From NCBI GenBank assembly GCA_964486045.1, contig CAZALK010000001.1, positions 456,242-520,241 of the forward strand: a DNA stretch of 64,000 bases, read 5' to 3'. Positions within the stretch are counted from its first letter, which is position 1, and each line of letters opens with the position of its first letter. Positions 59,425 to 64,000 of the stretch are shown piece by piece. The notes under the pieces are model-generated. The model saw nothing but the letters and a program-made list of their open reading frames with translations, was not told the DNA's origin and searched no databases. A program made the translations under genes and the position numbers. This stretch comes from an uncultured archaeon (GTDB lineage Archaea > Asgardarchaeota > Lokiarchaeia > Sigyniarchaeales > SOKP01).

Positions 59425-60744
59425 ATGGTGTTATGGTTGTTGAAAAATGAAAATAATAATTACAAATTTAGTATTGAGAAATTTTACAAGAATTACCTCA
59501 AAGGACCGAAGATTTTCAATAATCGAGATGCTTTAGAACCCTCTTATATCCCACATGAATTACCTCATCGAGATGTTCAAATTAAAGACATTGCTGAAAA
59601 AACTGCTTGCGCTTTACTTGGCGACGCTCCTCCAAGCTTTTTATGTTATGGTCAGACGGGAACCGGTAAAACTGCAACTATTAGATATATAAGCCAAAAA
59701 TTAGGGCAACAAAACACGGAGATTAAACCCTGGTGGATATATATCAACTGTAATGTTGTTGCCACACCATATCGCATTTTAGCACATATATACAATACTA
59801 TCTCAAGAGAAGAGAAAATCCCACCAACAGGTCTTCCCAAAGATGTAATCTTTAAGAAATTATTGGGTTTATTAGATTCCAAAGTGAAGAATTCAATTTG
59901 TTTCTTGGTATTAGATGAGATAGATATTTTAATAGAGAAAAAAGGAGGAAACGAAATACTCTATGACTTAACAAGATTGAATGAAAACTTGGATGAGTGT
60001 AAAACTAGCTTAATAGGTATTTCGAATAAATTGAAGTTTAAAAGAAGCTTAGATCCGAGAATTTTATCCAGTTTAGGAGAGGAATATATAGTATTTCCCT
60101 CCTATGATGCAAGTGAACTTAGAGATATCCTTAACAAAAGAGCAAAAATAGCTTTTCACGAAAACGTTTTAAAAGAGGATATAATACCTTTATGTGCAGC
60201 TATCGCTGCTAAAGAGCATGGGGATGCTAGAAAAGCATTACAATTGTTAAGAAAAGCAGGAGAATTAGCTGAAAGAGCTCAAAGTAAAAGTGTAAACTCT
60301 AAATATGTTGAAAGAGCTCAAGATGATTTAGAAAAAGATCATATTATGGAATATATTAAAGGTATGCCACTTCAAGCTCAACTAGTTCTAACAGCTGTAT
60401 TTTTAATTTCCAAATTTAGTCGAGATCATATAATAATTTCAGGTGATATTTATGAGGTACATTCTGAAATAAAAAGTTTTATCCCAGGTTTAAGACAGTT
60501 AACTAAACGAAGAATTAGCGATTACATAAATGAACTTGCTTTATCTGGTATAATTTCTGCTGTAGTTAAATCAATGGGTCATTATGGAAGAACTAAAATC
60601 ATTAAATTAGACATTGGATTAGATATAATTGAAAAGGTCCTTTCCGAAATTGATAAAATTCAGGCAATATTAAATCATAAACCAACCTTATTACAAACAG
60701 ATAAAGTTAAATTAAAAAATAATATATTTAAAAAGTTAATCTAA
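59425..60744 (+). CDS. cdc6: Orc1/Cdc6 replication initiator
   Basis: LPHRDVQI, YGQTGTGKT, YINC, VLDEID, HGDARKALQLLR, GHYGRT. Confidence 0.95.
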   Translation: MVLWLLKNENNNYKFSIEKFYKNYLKGPKIFNNRDALEPSYIPHELPHRDVQIKDIAEKTACALLGDAPPSFLCYGQTGTGKTATIRYISQKLGQQNTEIKPWWIYINCNVVATPYRILAHIYNTISREEKIPPTGLPKDVIFKKLLGLLDSKVKNSICFLVLDEIDILIEKKGGNEILYDLTRLNENLDECKTSLIGISNKLKFKRSLDPRILSSLGEEYIVFPSYDASELRDILNKRAKIAFHENVLKEDIIPLCAAIAAKEHGDARKALQLLRKAGELAERAQSKSVNSKYVERAQDDLEKDHIMEYIKGMPLQAQLVLTAVFLISKFSRDHIIISGDIYEVHSEIKSFIPGLRQLTKRRISDYINELALSGIISAVVKSMGHYGRTKIIKLDIGLDIIEKVLSEIDKIQAILNHKPTLLQTDKVKLKNNIFKKLI

Positions 60745-61427
60745 GGATTAAAGCTCCAATTTTCAAGGTTTTCTGATAAAGTCTTAAGAAATTGCTCAGT
60801 TGAAGCCTTATGACTATCTCTCAGCATCAAAAAGAACTTAGCTAAATGCTTGCAGAATTGTTTATTTTTACTTCTTCTTTCTTCAAAATCATGACAGTTA
60901 TGTTTTATAAATTTTTTGTTTACATCCATTTCAATTACATAAGGGTCTTCTTTCGATCCGGAAACTGTTGCCTTAATAAATCCTTTGTCAAAATCGAGTT
61001 CTTTTATATTAAAAGCCTTGTTCGTAATTCTTGCAGCTCTATTTAAGGTTTCTTTTTCTACAAGAGATTTAAGATGTCCACCAAAATTTGTGGATTTCCC
61101 CTTCTCAATAGTTGCTTTTAATTGAAAAATCTTCTTTATTGAATTAACGTTCTGTCTAATCTCATTTTTTCTGGTTTTTTGCCAATCTTCTAATTCTGTA
61201 TCTAAGGATTTTGATAAGATTAGATCTCTTTTTCCAGTTACAAATAGTAGTTTATCGTCTATACATGAATTTATAAACTCAAATGCTTTATTCGGAGGTA
61301 GTAAAAAGAGATCGTAGGATATTTTGAATAAAAGGTTTTTTAATGAAATTATAGGTAAATCAATTATTTTCCAAATGTACAACAATAATAATTTTGGTTC
61401 ATTTATTGGAGGATCTGCAAAATTCAT
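60741..61427 (-). CDS. SWIM zinc-finger protein
   Basis: ATVSGS...Y...HNCHDF...FCKHL. Confidence 0.8.
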   Translation of the reverse strand: MNFADPPINEPKLLLLYIWKIIDLPIISLKNLLFKISYDLFLLPPNKAFEFINSCIDDKLLFVTGKRDLILSKSLDTELEDWQKTRKNEIRQNVNSIKKIFQLKATIEKGKSTNFGGHLKSLVEKETLNRAARITNKAFNIKELDFDKGFIKATVSGSKEDPYVIEMDVNKKFIKHNCHDFEERRSKNKQFCKHLAKFFLMLRDSHKASTEQFLKTLSENLENWSFNP

Positions 61428-61466
61428 GGATTATTGTCGTTTCTTATATTTGATTAAATAGAATTA

Positions 61467-63266
61467 TTAAACACTACTTTTTAAGTCTAGCTGTGTTCCT
61501 TTTAACGTATCCAAATCAACTATAGACAAAACTCCTGGCGTAGGATGGATTCCTAATGATTTCATAAAATCTGTTTGGCTTTGAAAACAACCCGAGTTAA
61601 CTAATAGAATCCTATTGTATGATCCCATACCATTAATATGAATATGTCCTGTGTGAAAAATATCCGGAATTTTATCAATTGTCAGCCAATCTTTACTAAT
61701 TGGGGCAATTTGGGTCTTTTTTCCAAAAATCGGGGCTAAATGACGACATTTTAAAATCTCTTTCATGGTTTCAACAGGTTTATCATTGTTTAAACCGGGG
61801 ATCAACATATTAAAATCGAGCATACTATCACCATGAAAAACCAATGTATTTACTCCATGAGTTTGAACTAATGCTGGATTGCCGATACATGTTATGTCCA
61901 TGTTTATTAGTTCCCCTGAATATTTTTTTGGTACAGCTGGTCGAGGTAATGCATTTCTTACAGGTTCATGATTTCCGGAACTATAAATAATTTTTATATA
62001 TTCAGGGATTTCTGAAAGCAATTCTGTTGCTCTACTAAACTGTTTATAAATATTGGAAATATCAAGGTCGCTTTTTTGTGTAGGATAAATTCCAATACCA
62101 TCAACTAAGTCACCATTGATTATAATATATTTAATTTTTCCGGCACGCTCTTTTTGTGCTTTATTCCCAATTCTTCCATTTAAAAGATCAATAAATCTAT
62201 TCCATAATTTTGATTCAAATTCTCTACTACCTATATGAATATCTGAGATGAGTGCAAGAGATAATGGTTCATGAGATTTATTTGGTTCAAAATCTCTTTG
62301 CACATCAATTTTTGTTATATAATTTCCATAAATTATACTATTTTTACGCTTATCTCCTGGATTATATGTGCCTTTGACGAATACCATCTGATCGCTAAGA
62401 ATTCTCTCAGCAATTTTTATATTTAAATTATCTTGATTTTCAGAGCCGTTTCTGATGATTACATTAATTAATCCAGTAAGATCTTCTATTGTTATAAAAT
62501 AGTTTCCGTTTTTAGTTTTTCGAATAATAGTTACAAGTCCTATAACGGAGACCTCTACTTTGCTTGATAACCTTAAAATATTGATAATGTTGTCTGCCGT
62601 TTGAACTTCTATTCTTTTTCTCATTAACTTGCGGAGTCTATTAAATTTATTAAATGTTAAATCATAAAATTCTTTATAATCTCCATTTGTGAACAATTTT
62701 CCAGTAGGATCTTTTAAAATCTCTATTAAAATATCATACTCTTTTGCAATTGGAGTGAAGGCAGTAGTTGATTTAGGATTTTCTATTGATTTAATGTCTA
62801 TCTCCTTTTTTTCTTCTAAATTATGAAATATATCATTATTTTCTATTTTAGAGAGGGGAAATGTTGAAAAACTTTCTTTAATTTTTTCATTGGGATAAAT
62901 TTTTTTATCACTGTTAATATTCAAATCAATTTCGTTAGTGGTAGAATCTACCGATGTCGTTGTTTGATGTATTACACTTTTATCATTTTTTCCCATTTCC
63001 TCTTCTGTAGAATAAGATTCTTGATTAATTAGTTTTCTTTTTAATACTCTCTTGATTTCTTCATTTGAGATTTTAGCTAAAATATTTTCAGTTAAGTGAC
63101 TCTTAAAGCTAGCAATAAAGCTTGAATCTTTTATTATTATGTTTGTCTTCTTAAGAGGATCATCCAAATTTAATATAAATTCTAGAAGAGAAGGTGTGAT
63201 ATTTATCCCTGAATTTACTAGTTTTCTTAAGATGATTTTTTTGTCCTTATTATTCTTAACGTTCAA
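61467..63266 (-). CDS. polB: DNA polymerase D small subunit DP1
   Basis: OB fold (IEDLTG), SDIHIGS, GDLVDGIGIYP, GNHE, FHG, RHLAP, FHTGHIH, QSQTDF. Confidence 0.95.
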   Translation of the reverse strand: MNVKNNKDKKIILRKLVNSGINITPSLLEFILNLDDPLKKTNIIIKDSSFIASFKSHLTENILAKISNEEIKRVLKRKLINQESYSTEEEMGKNDKSVIHQTTTSVDSTTNEIDLNINSDKKIYPNEKIKESFSTFPLSKIENNDIFHNLEEKKEIDIKSIENPKSTTAFTPIAKEYDILIEILKDPTGKLFTNGDYKEFYDLTFNKFNRLRKLMRKRIEVQTADNIINILRLSSKVEVSVIGLVTIIRKTKNGNYFITIEDLTGLINVIIRNGSENQDNLNIKIAERILSDQMVFVKGTYNPGDKRKNSIIYGNYITKIDVQRDFEPNKSHEPLSLALISDIHIGSREFESKLWNRFIDLLNGRIGNKAQKERAGKIKYIIINGDLVDGIGIYPTQKSDLDISNIYKQFSRATELLSEIPEYIKIIYSSGNHEPVRNALPRPAVPKKYSGELINMDITCIGNPALVQTHGVNTLVFHGDSMLDFNMLIPGLNNDKPVETMKEILKCRHLAPIFGKKTQIAPISKDWLTIDKIPDIFHTGHIHINGMGSYNRILLVNSGCFQSQTDFMKSLGIHPTPGVLSIVDLDTLKGTQLDLKSSV

Positions 63267-63507
63267 GATTTTCCATTTAAATATTGATTGATTTCTATTA
63301 GGAAAAATGAAATTTAATTATTTATTATTAATGAAAAAATATTTTTACCTTTTATATCACGAGAGAGTAATAAATTAGCATTCTCTTTGCACTTATTAAT
63401 GAAATAGCAGATTAATAATTGAATTTAATTTATGGTATGATATACCTATAATGACTTATGCAAAATTTATTATATAACCCCAAAAATATTTTCTATTAAA
63501 ATTTATC

Positions 63508-64000
63508 ATGGTAAAGACTACTAAAGAAATGGGAGAGTATTTTACTAAAATTCAAAGTCAAGTAGATCAATGTTACAACATAGCTGAAGAAGCAAGGAGC
63601 AAGGGCCTTGATCCTGAAATTTATGTAGAATGTCCTCAGGCAAAAGATCTTGCTGGAAGAGTCGAAAAGCTAGTGGGTCCCGAAGGAATAGCAAAAGTAA
63701 TAAGAGAGTTAAAGAAAAACGGATTAAATGATGATGAGATCGTATTTCAAGTAGTGACTGATATATTAGATAAAAAAATAGGTAATATAGAAACCTTAGA
63801 AGAACAAGTAGAAAGAGCTATAAGAGCAGGATTAGCGATAAAAACAATGGGAGTGGTTAGCGCCCCCCTTGAGGGAATTTCCAGGATATTAATCCGAAAA
63901 GATCAGATGGGAAAAAGTTATATTTCACTATACTTTGCTGGCCCAATTAGAGCAGCAGGTGGAACTACAGCAGCCTTATGTGTGCTAATTGCTGATTATG
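63508..64000 (+). CDS. polC: DNA polymerase D large subunit DP2 (5' part; runs off the window)
   Basis: MVKTTKEMGEYF...IAEEARSKGLDP..VECPQAKDLAGRVEKLVGP...GVVSAPLEGI...YFAGPIRAAGGT. Confidence 0.93.
   Translation, partial: MVKTTKEMGEYFTKIQSQVDQCYNIAEEARSKGLDPEIYVECPQAKDLAGRVEKLVGPEGIAKVIRELKKNGLNDDEIVFQVVTDILDKKIGNIETLEEQVERAIRAGLAIKTMGVVSAPLEGISRILIRKDQMGKSYISLYFAGPIRAAGGTTAALCVLIADY

Noticed and set aside
3566-61046. Many antisense or overlapping ORFs in the track (e.g. 3566..3787, 15445..15888, 19012..19437, 29898..30449, 36159..36467, 51937..52390)
   Set aside because: Shadow frames of well-supported genes, with no motifs of their own.

Overview
AT-rich archaeal chromosome segment. The gene set (Nop5/fibrillarin, archaeal MAT, PolD DP1/DP2, Cdc6, CarS, longin-like, BAR-like and WH2-like proteins) points to an Asgard archaeon, probably Lokiarchaeia; this taxonomic call is inference. 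Bases 1-~16,000 are the right part of an integrated virus-like element: tyrosine integrase, large membrane-anchored spike-like protein, P-loop ATPase, PCNA-like clamp, Topo VI-A/Mini-A-like protein and small regulators. The rest is mostly housekeeping genes, plus an 8-gene cluster with a degenerate SMC-like protein and an AAA ATPase (26-35 kb) and two paralogous nuclease genes sharing a leader. Main result: three unrelated insertions of exactly 30 nt interrupt protein-coding genes, one inside the catalytic DEAGR|GP motif of RNase HII and two in a longin-like gene next to rtcB/archease. Each carries an in-frame stop and folds into a bulge-helix-bulge (BHB) motif whose canonical cut sites restore the reading frame, so they look like BHB-type mRNA introns. 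Also notable: an unannotated 51-aa WH2/thymosin-like microprotein, a BAR-like gene beside a polyproline/WH2-like gene, and apparent ATT start codons. All calls come from manual reading; no searches or folding programs were run.
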